A stretch of 61,791 bases of DNA, counting the filler, from Bipalium vagum (taxonomy: Eukaryota), in assembly GCA_037834085.1 (NCBI GenBank). It is 3 parts of 3 records of this genome, joined end to end, with 100 filler letters (N's around TTAATTAATTAA, not from the genome) between each part and the next. Parts side by side here need not be neighbours in the genome. Positions count along the whole stretch, not along the records: positions 43,002 to 61,791 come from JBBMKC010019379.1; 2 more parts are not named here. The stretch is one strand, 5' to 3'. Below the pieces are notes generated by a model, which made no database searches, was not told the origin of the DNA, and saw only the letters and a list, made by a program, of their open reading frames with translations. The position numbers were made by a program, and so were the translations under genes. This document shows positions 50,186 through 61,791 of the stretch, one piece after another (the stretch's first letter is position 1; the number at the start of each line of letters is the position of its first letter).

Positions 50186-51889
50186 TTAATATTTTAATTA
50201 AAATAAAAAGGTTTAATACTTTCATTCAGTTAAAGATTTATATATTGTGTTATAGGTTTCAAAAATTTTTGATCAATAAAAAAATATTAAATGTTATCAA
50301 TAATCAATCTATGTTCCAGATAGTATTTATTGAGAATAATTTACAACGATATATCATATCGAAATAATATTTTCCTTAATTATAAAACAAACACAAAACG
50401 AAAACTAACCCAACAAATGAATTTAGTTTTCTCTCTGAAATCAAGGTATTTCCTGTAATATCTGAAAAATTTCTAAATAGTTTTAACACAGTAATGCTCT
50501 ATAATTTTCTTGTTGTGTAATTTGTCATTACCAAAACTTGTTTATACACGCTGCATATAGCTTTTTCTGTAATATACAAATTTTTATAATTTTCAATGTT
50601 TTTAGAAAATAAATAAATGTTGATCCCATAATCGATTTATTTTAAAATTTTTCTTGTATACTTTTAGGTTTTTTCTAAATTTCTTTACAAATTTCGGTAA
50701 AAATTCCGTTCTCATACCCCCAGGGTCATTTTTGTTTATCTATTCTAAATAGATTATTATGTAACTTTAAATATTTTAGAAAATTTTTAAAATCTACTAA
50801 ATTTGCCATAAATTAGTGACATAAAATTATGATTTTATTGAAAATATAATAAAGGAACAAATAAAAATGAGATTACTAAAGAAAATCAACTTTTATATAA
50901 ATTCTTTTATTTCTTATAACATAAAATTTAATACTTCTAACTTTAAGTTTATTATCGCACCACCATTAGGATAAATGTAAAATACACCGATATAAATATA
51001 TATATAAAGATATTTCATTGTTTCATCATGGTTAAAAAATGAGTAAAAAAGATTTAGATATATTCTATCACAGAAGAGCAAAGTCTGATGAGATTTGACA
51101 AAAATATTAAGGTCTTTTTGTATATTGTACGAAATAAAAACTGATGAAAGTTTATAAATAATCGATATCAATACAATTATATTGATTATTTTAAGACTTC
51201 ATGAAAAATCTGATAAATCTAATCAGATGGAATGAAGCAGTATTTGTAAGCTGAGGCAGTTGAACATTTCCGTCTGAAAAAGTATCCACAAAGAATACCT
51301 GTTGAAAAAATTGATAAGGTATATCAATACACATAATGAAAAAGATCACGAGAAGTGTTTAACAGTGAAACACTAGATCTGCTCAAAGACTGTCGACAAG
51401 GATAAAATTTGTTCAGGATTCAAGAGATTTTCGTTTTTGAATCATTTTATGATGTTTTTGAATTTTCAAATTCGTTCAAAACTCGATTACAAATAGAATC
51501 TTAACCACTGATTCATTTTAAAAAGATGTTTACAAAAGTCAACCTGTTTATGTATCATATATAAACAGTTAGGATTGCCACAATGGTAAATTTTCTTCAT
51601 TCCTGTGTGAACGATTTATTGAACTCTGAACCATAATATTATCTGGAATATTTAATGAGTATATATTGCAAAAGTTTTTATTTGTTGAAGCTATGACTTG
51701 AACTTCATCTAGAAAAGTTTTCATTATAATATTGTAACTACATTTAAAAATTATAAAAATATTAAAATTTATTAATTAAAAAAATCTAATGAAAAATCTA
51801 AGAATTAAAAAAAAATCTCGTTTTGGGGGTACGAGAACGGTAAATAATCCCAAATTTCGATTTACATTAGTTAAAAAAACCTTTACTAA

Positions 51890-52520
51890 TTCAAATAAGA
51901 ATTATGTTCATTTAACAGAGGATGAAAAAGTAATGATAATTAAAAGAAAAACAATGCTAACGGATTTTATGAGACAGTAGCACAGATATTGTAAGCAAAG
52001 TTCAAGACTGCTGGTAAACTTTGCAGAGTCAATAATTTAATAAAAATGACAACAATTTCAAATGACAACCAAGATTATGAAAGAATTTTCAGGCTTAATT
52101 ATCCACAATGGGAAAATAAGTTACTTGGACATGCATGGAAGGCATGGAAATGAAAATGATAATTTTTTGCATCAAAAAGCTGCGAAATTCAAAATTTTAG
52201 ATATTTTATTGAATAAATTCGAAGGAAATTCTGAAGATAACATCTATAACCTTGATGAAACAGACCTATTTTTCAAAGAATAAAAGAGGACTTTTATTGA
52301 TTTTGGATATTTTTAAACTTTATAACATTTATCAAGATTTACTTTTACCTGAAAAGACTACTGCTACATTCCAACCTGTAAATGTAGGGATCATTAGAAA
52401 ATTTTAATTAGTAAAAACTCCTCTTTACTTAGGAAAATTGAAAATGTTGAAAGTGTTTACTCAGCGTATAAAGTATTAAGTTAGGTTTTTGAATTTTTCA
52501 GATCTGGCCTGAAGTGATAA
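51890..52520 (+). mobile_element. pogo/Tigger transposase remnant
   Basis: YVHLTEDEKVMII, MHG, DNIYNLDETDLFF and TTATFQPVNVGIIR motifs. Confidence 0.75.
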
Positions 52521-54090
52521 GAAAACTAAAATAAATAAGTTTTTTTGTTTTATTGGTGTGAAAAATGAATATGTTGACTCAAAATTTTGCACCAGACGTT
52601 CCACTATTTTTCTAGAAGGATTATTATAAGGACCGAAATCGGTTTTAATGCGCATAAAGTTTCCATATTAAGTGAGTGTTTTGGTAATGAATTTGAATTG
52701 TTTGCAATCGTTAATAATTTGTGTTGATAAATGATGCCTATTTAAAGTAGTGGAAAAATGAAAATTTAAAACAAATGAAATTAAATATAAAGTTTATATT
52801 CAAAGTAGAAAATGAGTCGTCCTTAATGAAACACTCTTTACAATCAATAACATTTAAATTAATTAAAATTACGAACGAAGCACTCTATATAAAGTGTCTC
52901 AAATAAAATTATTTTTATTAAATTTTTCATTTACCCTGGGTTACAGATTCCATATAGACAGACATTAATTTTCAAAAATAATTATTATATTATTGAATTT
53001 TTTAAAATTCAGAGGACTTTTCTGGCATAATTTTCAAAAATTTTAACAGAAAAATCGAAGCTGAATAAATTAATTTTGCCATTTGTTTAAATTTTGATAA
53101 TAAATTAGATTAATTTTAATTTTTACAAAATAAATTTGAGCGGAGAAAATTAATTTTAACATTTTGGATTAATTTTTCGTTATTTTTTTGGTGAAATTCG
53201 AAGTTATTATTGAAATGAAGTTACCGTGAATTTCTTGGAAGGAACTATAAGAATATAACAATTTAAATCTAGATTTATTTTTTATTTATTTATCTTTATC
53301 ATATTAACGAAATTATATTAATTGGTCTTTGTGTGAAACTGGGTCTTCGTTGACTAACACCGGCCGAGTCTTTTAAATTAATATAGCACTTTTACGTGAT
53401 TTAATTCTTTTTCGATTTCATTTAATCATTGCACGAGAATATTTATTCTTTTTTCGAAAATATTTTTTACTTTTTTTACTTTTTTTTATTTATTTTTAAA
53501 AATTTTATATATTAATAAATTTTAATTGAGACATTAAAAGTCTACGAAACTGTTTGATGAAACTTTTTAATAACCAAATGAAGAGTGGAGTAATTAAAGC
53601 ACAATAAAAACATTGAAAACTCATAAAAATAATTCAACTGAGTTAAATCAAGATTTTCTCCTTAAAATAGTCTTTATTTTTTCCAAACATTATCAGACAA
53701 TAAAATATTTTAAACGCAGTTAACATTATTATTTTATTAAAAAATAATGTTATATTTATCTTTTTATTAAAAAATTTTTATAAAATATTATATTTTAAAA
53801 AATGTTTTATATATTTAATTTATTTTTTAATAAATTCTATACAGGGAAGAAATTACCTAAAATTTATACATTATTTTAGAAAGATGTCAAATAATTTTTT
53901 TTTGATTTTGAATCAATGAAATATTATAAAATAAAAAAGTAAAATAAAAATAAGATGTATAAAATATTGGATGAAATGTATATAAAATACATAAAATGTC
54001 TGTTTGTTTAAATTAATTAATTTAATCTTAAAACATATTATTAAAAGATTACAAATATTCAATATATTATTTAGCATAATATAAAATATG

Positions 54091-54247
54091 TATGTTAGTT
54101 ACATTTATATAAGTTGACAAGTTATCAAGACTCATTTCCAAAATATATATTTTTATTAAAACAATTATTTAAACAACTTAATTAATTAGTTTAAAAAATA
54201 AATTATTAAACTAATTAAAATCATTTTAAACTTTTTAATCCTCACAA
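54091..54247. repeat. Dispersed copy of the Tc1 terminal region seen at 9547-9667
   Basis: TATGTTAGTTACATTTATAT...TTTTAAACTTTTTAATCCTCACAA is shared between the two sites. Confidence 0.8.
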
Positions 54248-54269
54248 TGTACAATATAATGTGTAATTA

Positions 54270-55484
54270 GGTAATTCCAACTTTATCACACCTCAAAGAA
54301 ATCGATAGAATTTTTATTGAAAAATAAAAATTTCCACAGATTACAAAAAATATTGCACAGGTTATATTTCTAAAATATTTTTCAAAATAAAAACTCAAAT
54401 TAGTAAAGAAAATTATTTAATTAAACAAACTCGATATTTCTGTAAAGTATGATTCGTTTAAATGTATTTCAACCTACATATTATAAACAGCTACATAAGT
54501 TTAAGTATTTCTTCGAAAATTATTTAGGCTTTATCAATGTTTTTATAATTGTCATTTTTCATAATAGGCTGTTAATGGTAAAGTTTATACTTTCCAAATC
54601 TCTGAATTTTCCTGAACCACTTGTCTATGTGGAATATTATAACCAACTTAGACTACTTCAAATTTTTTTAAAAAATTTTTCTTTATTATGGTAAAATTTT
54701 CTAATAAATAAATAACTTAATAACGATTATTGTAATAAATAATAATATTACTAATATAAATTAATAATAATTATACTTTGATAATAATTACTGTAAAATA
54801 GATTTGTTCATTATTTTATTCTGTATTATTGATTATGGATTTTCATTTAGTAATTCTCGAGGAGAGTTACATTTGGACAGCTGATAATAGGGGTTGGTAA
54901 AGTGTGTGGGAGTTGGTTTTCCACATATAAAAAGTAATTGTGTGCCAACCAGAAAAAGAAAATTCATTTTCAATCAATAGTTTTAATTTTAACTAATGAC
55001 ATTTTTTATTATTTCTAAAGAGTGTTTGACTAGGGTTTTTAAAAAATTTGGAAAATTCAGGGTTAGTGTAACAATAAAGCAAAATTATATAAGCAATGTT
55101 CACATTTCTTCTTTAATACCAACATCTATATATCTTTTCATAGATAATGTCAATTGTTTAAATCAAGCATTTTAATTGGACTTGATGGCATTAATTGAAA
55201 AATGTCAATGTTTTGGTTTTCTATTCCATAACTTAGTAGCATTATATATAATGAGGTGATTCCAGCTATATCAGACCTCAAAGAAAAATTTTTGATAAAG
55301 AGAAATTGATATTTTTTTATTGAAGAATGAAAATTTTCAGAAGGTTCCAAAAATATTGTACAGGGTAAATTTCTAAAATAGTTTTTCAAAATAAACCTAA
55401 ATTAGTAAAGAAAATTATTTAATTAAACAAACTTGATATTCCTGTAAAATTCTTGTCTTTTAAATGGATTTCAACCGACATATT
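54270..55484. repeat. Diverged direct duplication of about 220 bp (54270-54483 and 55256-55484)
   Basis: Shared blocks such as AAATTAGTAAAGAAAATTATTTAATTAAACAAACT and TTTAAATG.ATTTCAACC.ACATATTA. Confidence 0.85.
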
Positions 55485-56124
55485 AACTGAAGAACACGTC
55501 ATAAAAATATTTCATTTTTTTCATTACTGTAAAAGATTTCTGTTTGTTTTAAATTCCTGATCAAGGGGATTTATGAAAAGTTTAAATGCTTCTGGCAACA
55601 TAATCCTTAATTAGCTCATTTTGTAAGAAATTGTCAAGGAAAAAAAAAGATAATTTTCAATGGGAAAATGTCTCATATGACAGATCAGATAGCATTTTAT
55701 GATCCAGGAATTGAGGTTTTGGATACAATACCTTTGCAACTCGCATCCACAAAAGTGACAGTTTTGATTTTCTATTGTCGGCTTTTCCTAATTTCTCACG
55801 AAAAACCCCAGTTTGACGACAATAAATTTTTTCAGTGATAATTTTTTCAGATTTCATAAATTACATCACACCAGTTCAATCAATATAGAATTGCTTAAGC
55901 TAGAAATTATAGAAACATCACTTTAGTATTAAAATCGCTCCAGATATTCTTAAAAATTAATTTAATGTTAACAAAGAAGGAGATCTAAAAAATGTTCGAA
56001 TGTCCAATATTGAAATGAAAAATTTTAAACGGAAAAAATTTTTTCAATATTTAAACAAAGTTGAAACATTACAAAATTCAAATATTGATTAAACTAAAAA
56101 TTATAGGATATATACAATCTGTTA

Positions 56125-56806
56125 CACTTAATTGTCCAGTAAAAAAAATCAATACTTGTTTTATTTATATATATTAGATTTTTTATAAATTTCAATGCCT
56201 TTTTAAATTTATTTAGTTAAAACGGGTAATTATTACTAGTGATTAATAGTTTAGATTAATTTCCAATATATTCATTAAATTATTTGCTGTTCCGATTTAA
56301 CTCCTTTCAACAATGGAAAAATTTACGCAAACACACTGAATGGTCATATCAATAGATATCCAGGGCTCTTAATTTGACCTTGTCTGCTGCCAGTAAATAT
56401 TGCCAGTGAAACGTCAGTAATCTTCAACCAAATGAAGGAAAACGTAATGTAATTGACTGAGAATATGATCAAGTTTGATGATCATGCCATACCTCTTCTG
56501 TCTTGGACAGCATGTGCGCTAACCCCATGGAAAATGTATGGGACATCAACTTGATCATATGACCATAAAGCATACCACTTGTGACAACTTTTTCAGCACC
56601 TGTCAGGAGAAGTGAAGCATTATCATGGGAGAAGAGAATTATCATTACAGACTCATGGATTCAATGAAGCGAAGGGTTTCCGCAATAATCGAAGCAGCTG
56701 GAGGATATACCACTTGCTTTTCTGTATTTCATATTCTTTACATATACCTGAAATTAAATCTCTAAACTTAAATTAAATATTGGATTTCTTATTGGACAAT
56801 TCAGTG
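56125..56806 (+). mobile_element. Tc1 deletion derivative
   Basis: TA-flanked TIRs CACT(T/G)AATTGTCCA(G/A)TAA; interior NPMENVWD and DSMKRRVSAIIEAAGGYT. Confidence 0.85.
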
Positions 56807-57590
56807 TAAAATATTGCACGTTTCATAAATTTTTTTTAAAATTTAGTTTTTCATAATGGAGCGATCCTATTATCGGAAATATAAAATTAAGAATTGAAAT
56901 TATCGATTTAAATTTTTTCCTGCACAATTAAAAATATTTAATTTAAATTTAATTACAACAAAGAAATTTTGGTTTTTAAACTTGTTCATCATTACACAAG
57001 ATGTAAGCGGATGTCAAGCTAATTTTGGTTGATGTATATCAATAACTCAAATTTAAAATGACATTGGTTTGAATAATGGAGATGAATTTATTCTCGCACC
57101 AATTTCTAACTAAGCTTATTAAATAATTATAAGAATAACTAATTTGTAATTTTGATAGATTGGTGCATTGAGTGCGTAAAATGTTTATAATTATAAAAAT
57201 AACTCTTTGCTCAAATGGTAGAAAATGTTGTTAAGTAATAGGGTCATAAAAAAATAAAAATGGTTGAGGCTTACAATGATACGGGTAAGTCCTTCATAGG
57301 TATAAGAAATAAACGAGAAATAAAAGAGAGCTATATCCGATATTATTTCAATAATATTGGGAGAAAAGAAGAATAATCCTAAACAAAAGTACTCTGGCAG
57401 AAATTTAGTTCTATTTACATATTTAGCAGGGATTTATTTTCTTACTTAAATAGGAGAAGAAATTTGTGCAGCACTGTATTTAACTTATAAATATCCATCA
57501 TAATTAATAAGAGTTCAAATTCAGTTTCATCCGGTTCGGTTTAAACTGGCTATTAAGAATTTTTAAAGTGGTGAATTTCGTGACCACCTT

Positions 57591-57770
57591 AATCTGACAA
57601 CCTTTAAGTAGTACAATATAATCTGACATCCACATTGTATAATAAATTAAATCTGACAACCACGTTATATAATAAATTAAATCTGACAACCACATTATAT
57701 AATCAATTAAATCTGACAACCACATTATATAATCAATTAAATCTGAGAACTACGTTGTATAATCAATTAA
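57591..57770. repeat. 30-bp tandem repeat (ATCTGACAACCACATTATATAATCAATTAA) x about 6
   Basis: Units every 30 bp; a partial inverted copy lies at about 57939-57955. Confidence 0.92.
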
Positions 57771-58954
57771 ATTTAAATTAAACCAATAAAAAATTTATTA
57801 AATGTTAACTAATATAATTTGGTTAAATAAATCTTTCTTGAACTTATCAAAAAACAAACTCTTGGAAGCAATCTTCTCCAATTCTCTGTCTATCTTTCAT
57901 TTGACTTTTGATTTTAATATTGTAAATTTCAATTTTGAGGTTGTCAGATTTAATTCGTTCTGAATTTTCATAACTTTTATGAATGAACACGGTAACAGTC
58001 CCCTCAGAGCTACAATTTTTGATTGTAGCAAAGATAACAATTTATTTAGAAAATCTAAGACCATGAATGCAGTTGGCAAAATACAATTTGTGAAAATCAA
58101 GACCTGTAGCTCTAAAGAAGACTGTTACATTTTTGATAAAGTGCTTGGATAAAGTTATAAAAAATCTTGATATCATAAAATAGAAATTGTTAGCACTTTA
58201 TTTTATTCCAAATTTAAAATAATTATAATTACTTTGTTAAAACAAAACGGTGCCAAAGCGAATTTAATCGTTAATCGGAATTATTAATTGTTTAAAAATA
58301 TCCGAATAATATTTTCTATTTAATTAAGTGTATTAAAACAAAGTTTTTTAATTCAAAGTTTCCAGTTTGATATTTCAATAAATTTCAGAATATAAACACA
58401 TTTTTCATTATTTGTCAAAATTATAAATTCATTTTCCTTTGCCAAAAATTATTCAAATGTCAAATTGTAACCAACGATCGAATATGATATACCTTATTCT
58501 GTGATACTTGTAGGACAATATAGAAAACATAAGAAAAAAATGTCTTTTCAGATCACACAATGATCTTCTGACTTTTTGCATAATAATATGAATGTGGTTT
58601 TAAAAATCGTTTTGTGTAAGAGACCAGTTTTATTGTGATGGTCACCAAAAACACAATTTTTTGAAGAATTTCACATAACAGAAGATTACTTGAAAGAATG
58701 TTCCAAAAAATCGCTTGTGTGCTTCAATTACAAAAATAAAAAACCGATAAAGCTTATTGATATTTACAAGATTTCTACACAAGTTGTTTATGGCCACGAT
58801 ATCGATTATTTATCATGTTTCATTTTAAACGATCTAATTCCTGTGTGGATTTGTATCAACTTAATTTTAATTAATTTTTCTTTTTTTCAGTGTTACGTTC
58901 TGTGCCTTGTTTATCAAATTCTAAATAACGGAACAAGTATCTATTAATAACAAT

Positions 58955-59080
58955 ATTTCGTCCTGCTTCATTTTTTTAACAACATATGTATGGAAACTAG
59001 CATTATCATTCATGATATTTTTTTTCCAGATCTACAAATTAATACAACTGTTCCAAGACGATCTGTCCATTAAAACATTG
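58955..59080 (-). mobile_element. IS630/Tc1-like DDE fragment
   Basis: IMNDNASFH motif. Confidence 0.4.
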
Positions 59081-60034
59081 ATTTATAATTAAAATGTATA
59101 TTTTATATTGACTATAAGCAAAATTTTTTCGGGACATCATAGTTGACGATTCTATGATTTTTATTACCATTAGGTGATTTTTGTGACGGTTTCACGTTCA
59201 ATTTATTTGTAAACAATGCACAATTAAATCATAGCAATTAATTTCCGTAACACTAATTAAATGTTAATAAAATTAATATTTTTTAAAATAGTTTTCGAGT
59301 CTTTAAGCAGAAATAGTTAATTATCTTTATGCAATCACGAAGAAATCCTGATTAACCAAAGAGGAAATTTATCCATTTCAATCACTCTTTATAAAATTAC
59401 AAAAAGAAATTAAAAAATTAAATTTCGAAAAGAAAAAGGAGAGAAATTCAGTGTTTTATTGAAGTAAAATTTAGTTTAATACACTCTGGTTGCAATAAGT
59501 CAGTTTGAAATGGATAATAATGGGAATGGAAATGAAATTATTTCCTTAATGTTATCCACTGGATAGTTTTTATACACAGTAGAGGCCCGAGGCGAAGAGT
59601 TTACAATCACAAAATTGATAGTCCCAATTATCACTTTTGCCCATCGTTTCAATACTTATATAATGTTTTTTAACTAAAAGATGAACTAAAAAATGTGGGG
59701 GAAATCAATAATTATTGAATAGGAGCAAGTAGACATTAGGGAATATGATATTTTCCATTGATATTATTAAAGCAATTTTCGTAATTAACTTCGGGAAAAT
59801 TTATGATTATTTACGACATTTTATGTATAATTAAAAAATGATTTAAAATGTTTAATGTTATTAATTTTTTAATAAATATTATTTTTAATATTTATAGAAT
59901 ATTAATAATAATATTTGATCAATAAACACATAAAAAATTATTAATAATCATTTTTTAAAATAATTATTGATTATAAATATTTTATTGATAATTTTGTTAT
60001 TGACAATTTTACCTTTAAAATAATTTAATAACTA

Positions 60035-60468
60035 CAGAGAAACTTCTATTTTGGACCAATTTCTGAAATCGACCACTTCTATAATCGGACTAAACTCAAT
60101 AAATATTTAGACCATTAATCTGTACTTATCATATTTCTCGATATTTTCATATACAAATAAAATTCTTGGTTCAAAAATTTCAATAAATTGTTTAAAAATT
60201 TAATACTTCGTTTTAATAATATTTTGGTATATAACATTTTCAAAATCAGGAATGAGTAAAAAATTATCATATGAAGATAAATTATTATTTATTTATATTA
60301 TTATTTTTTGGGCTTATTGTTGTTGTTTTTAATTTCTATTATTACATCCATATAAGTTCATATAAAACATGTTTTATAGCCTTTTTATGTCTTAACTTCT
60401 AAGATTCGACCAACTTCTATTTTTGGACTACTTCTGAAATTCTGTGGTCCAAAATAGAAGTTGCACTG
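60035..60468 (+). mobile_element. pogo/Tigger-derived MITE
   Basis: TA-flanked TIRs CAG(A/T)G(A/C)AACTTCTATTTTGGACCA, subterminal copies of the same motif, and a short MSKKLSYEDKL start. Confidence 0.88.
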
Positions 60469-61199
60469 TAATTTGAAATATCTCAGTCAGATAAAAAATG
60501 AATGTTAAATATTTAAAAATTAATTATCACTTTCTTCATTGTACCAGAACATCGATTGGAATACTGAGAGAAATCGTCGAGTATAAAGTTGATTTTATAA
60601 AACTAAGCATGTACAGTCCAAATTCATGAAATGTTACTTTTAGACATATTTTTCATACATTATGCAACTGATTCACTTTTTACTTTCCAGTACTTTATTT
60701 TTGTTTATATAAATCGTAGAAAAATAAATAAACAAGAAAACAAATTTCTCTTTAGTCTCTGCCTGTATATTTCCTTCCGACAAAAGAAAATTTTCTCTAG
60801 CATTCAATTTGAATGTGTATAATTTTCAAAGATCATTGAAAAACAATCATTTATTTGTTTAATAAGATGTGATATAGATAAATATTTTATATTTATTTTA
60901 AAAAAATATAATATTTTATTGATTTAATTTTAAAAAAATAGTAAAATAATATGAGTGAACAGTGTTGTCACTGTTCCTTAAATACATTTTACAAAAATTT
61001 TAATTTAAGATTTCGATTAATATTTGTAAAATTATTGATTTATGAAATTATGATAGATAATCCTTTATTGAAAAAACTTTATTTTATTACTTTAGCTTTG
61101 TTTGAATAACATAAAACTCGGTATAGTAGACAGTACTAACGGCACAAATTCGAACATATTTATTATATAACTTTAAATTAAAGACATAAGAACTAGAGG

Positions 61200-61330
61200 C
61201 TGTGCACAATATTTACCATGTGTGGGATTAAGATGCAATTAGCGAACGAGATAATCAACATTGACACGAAGGATTTCGTTCTGGAGATAGGTCTATTCAA
61301 AAGTGGTGACGTTCATAGCGATAAGAAGCT
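61200..61330 (+). mobile_element. Merlin Zn-ribbon N-terminal remnant
   Basis: MCGIKMQL...GF..WR...TFIAIRS, similar to the N-terminus of the 5600-6320 element. Confidence 0.35.
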
Positions 61331-61556
61331 ATTGATAACAGTCATTTAAAAGTCCTTATCGATTACAATCATCAACATTCAATTTGTGCACTTGCATAAA
61401 TATTTGGGGTTGATAATACAGTACCACAGTTTGCAACTATTTTCGACAAATATTATATTCTGTAATTTAAAATATTATATTATATATATTTCCAAATAAA
61501 TATATATATTAGAAAAAGCGATTGTAATTTTCTTTTTTATAATATAAAATTTTCAG

Positions 61557-61689
61557 ATCAATAATCAGTCTGTCATTGGTTTAGACAATCCGGCTGTAGT
61601 AGAGATTCTAAAGCTAACTACAGGAACAGTTAAACTCAAATTTCATCGATATACAAAAGGTCCTATTTACGAGATTTTAACTCAAACTG
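61557..61689 (+). CDS. Internal exon of a PATJ/MPDZ-like multi-PDZ protein
   Basis: Bounded by TTTTCAG and GTAAAT. Encodes INNQSVIGLDNPAVVEILKLTTGTVKLKFHRYTKGPIYEIL, the second half of a PDZ domain followed by an RY.(R/K)GP..E.L motif recalled from invertebrate Patj. Confidence 0.72.
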
Positions 61690-61719
61690 GTAAATGAATT
61701 TCCTAATGTTTCTTTATAC

Positions 61720-61791
<72 letters not shown>
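61720..61791. repeat. (AAT)n microsatellite at window end
   Basis: Perfect AAT array. Confidence 0.97.

Noticed and set aside
57591-57770. CRISPR-like array
   Set aside because: Units are head-to-tail with no unique spacers, there are no cas genes, and the context is eukaryotic.
61097-61210. Upstream PDZ half-exon (KLGIVD...NIFII)
   Set aside because: In-frame stops and no suitable splice donor; the adjacent sequence looks Merlin-derived.

Overview
Very AT-rich eukaryotic DNA, most likely an invertebrate metazoan. The window is not contiguous: two 100-bp artificial spacers (44 N + TTAATTAATTAA + 44 N, at 22806-22905 and 42902-43001) join three separate pieces (1-22805, 22906-42901, 43002-61791). 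Most of the sequence is decayed mobile DNA: mariner, Tc1/Tc3, pogo/Tigger, Merlin (IS1016-like), hAT, probable CACTA and piggyBac remnants, Ty3/gypsy retrotransposon fragments, a solo LTR, several MITEs and (AAT)n microsatellites. The host genes I can support are an intact 4-exon PSMD9/Nas2 gene (33952-34833, minus), two paralogous 233-aa secreted C-type lectin + PAN/Apple genes (29138-29886 and 40798-41549, minus) with a shared intron position and a conserved double-CCAAT/TATA promoter, and one isolated PATJ/MPDZ-like PDZ exon (61557-61689). The most notable hidden feature is a degenerate endogenous Polinton/Maverick (adintovirus-like) segment at about 15.2-18.7 kb. It carries a frameshifted penton/minor capsid gene, a second conserved Polinton gene and a membrane-protein gene, all on the minus strand and visible in the ORF track only as short fragments. 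All family assignments come from manual translation and recalled motifs; no database searches were run.
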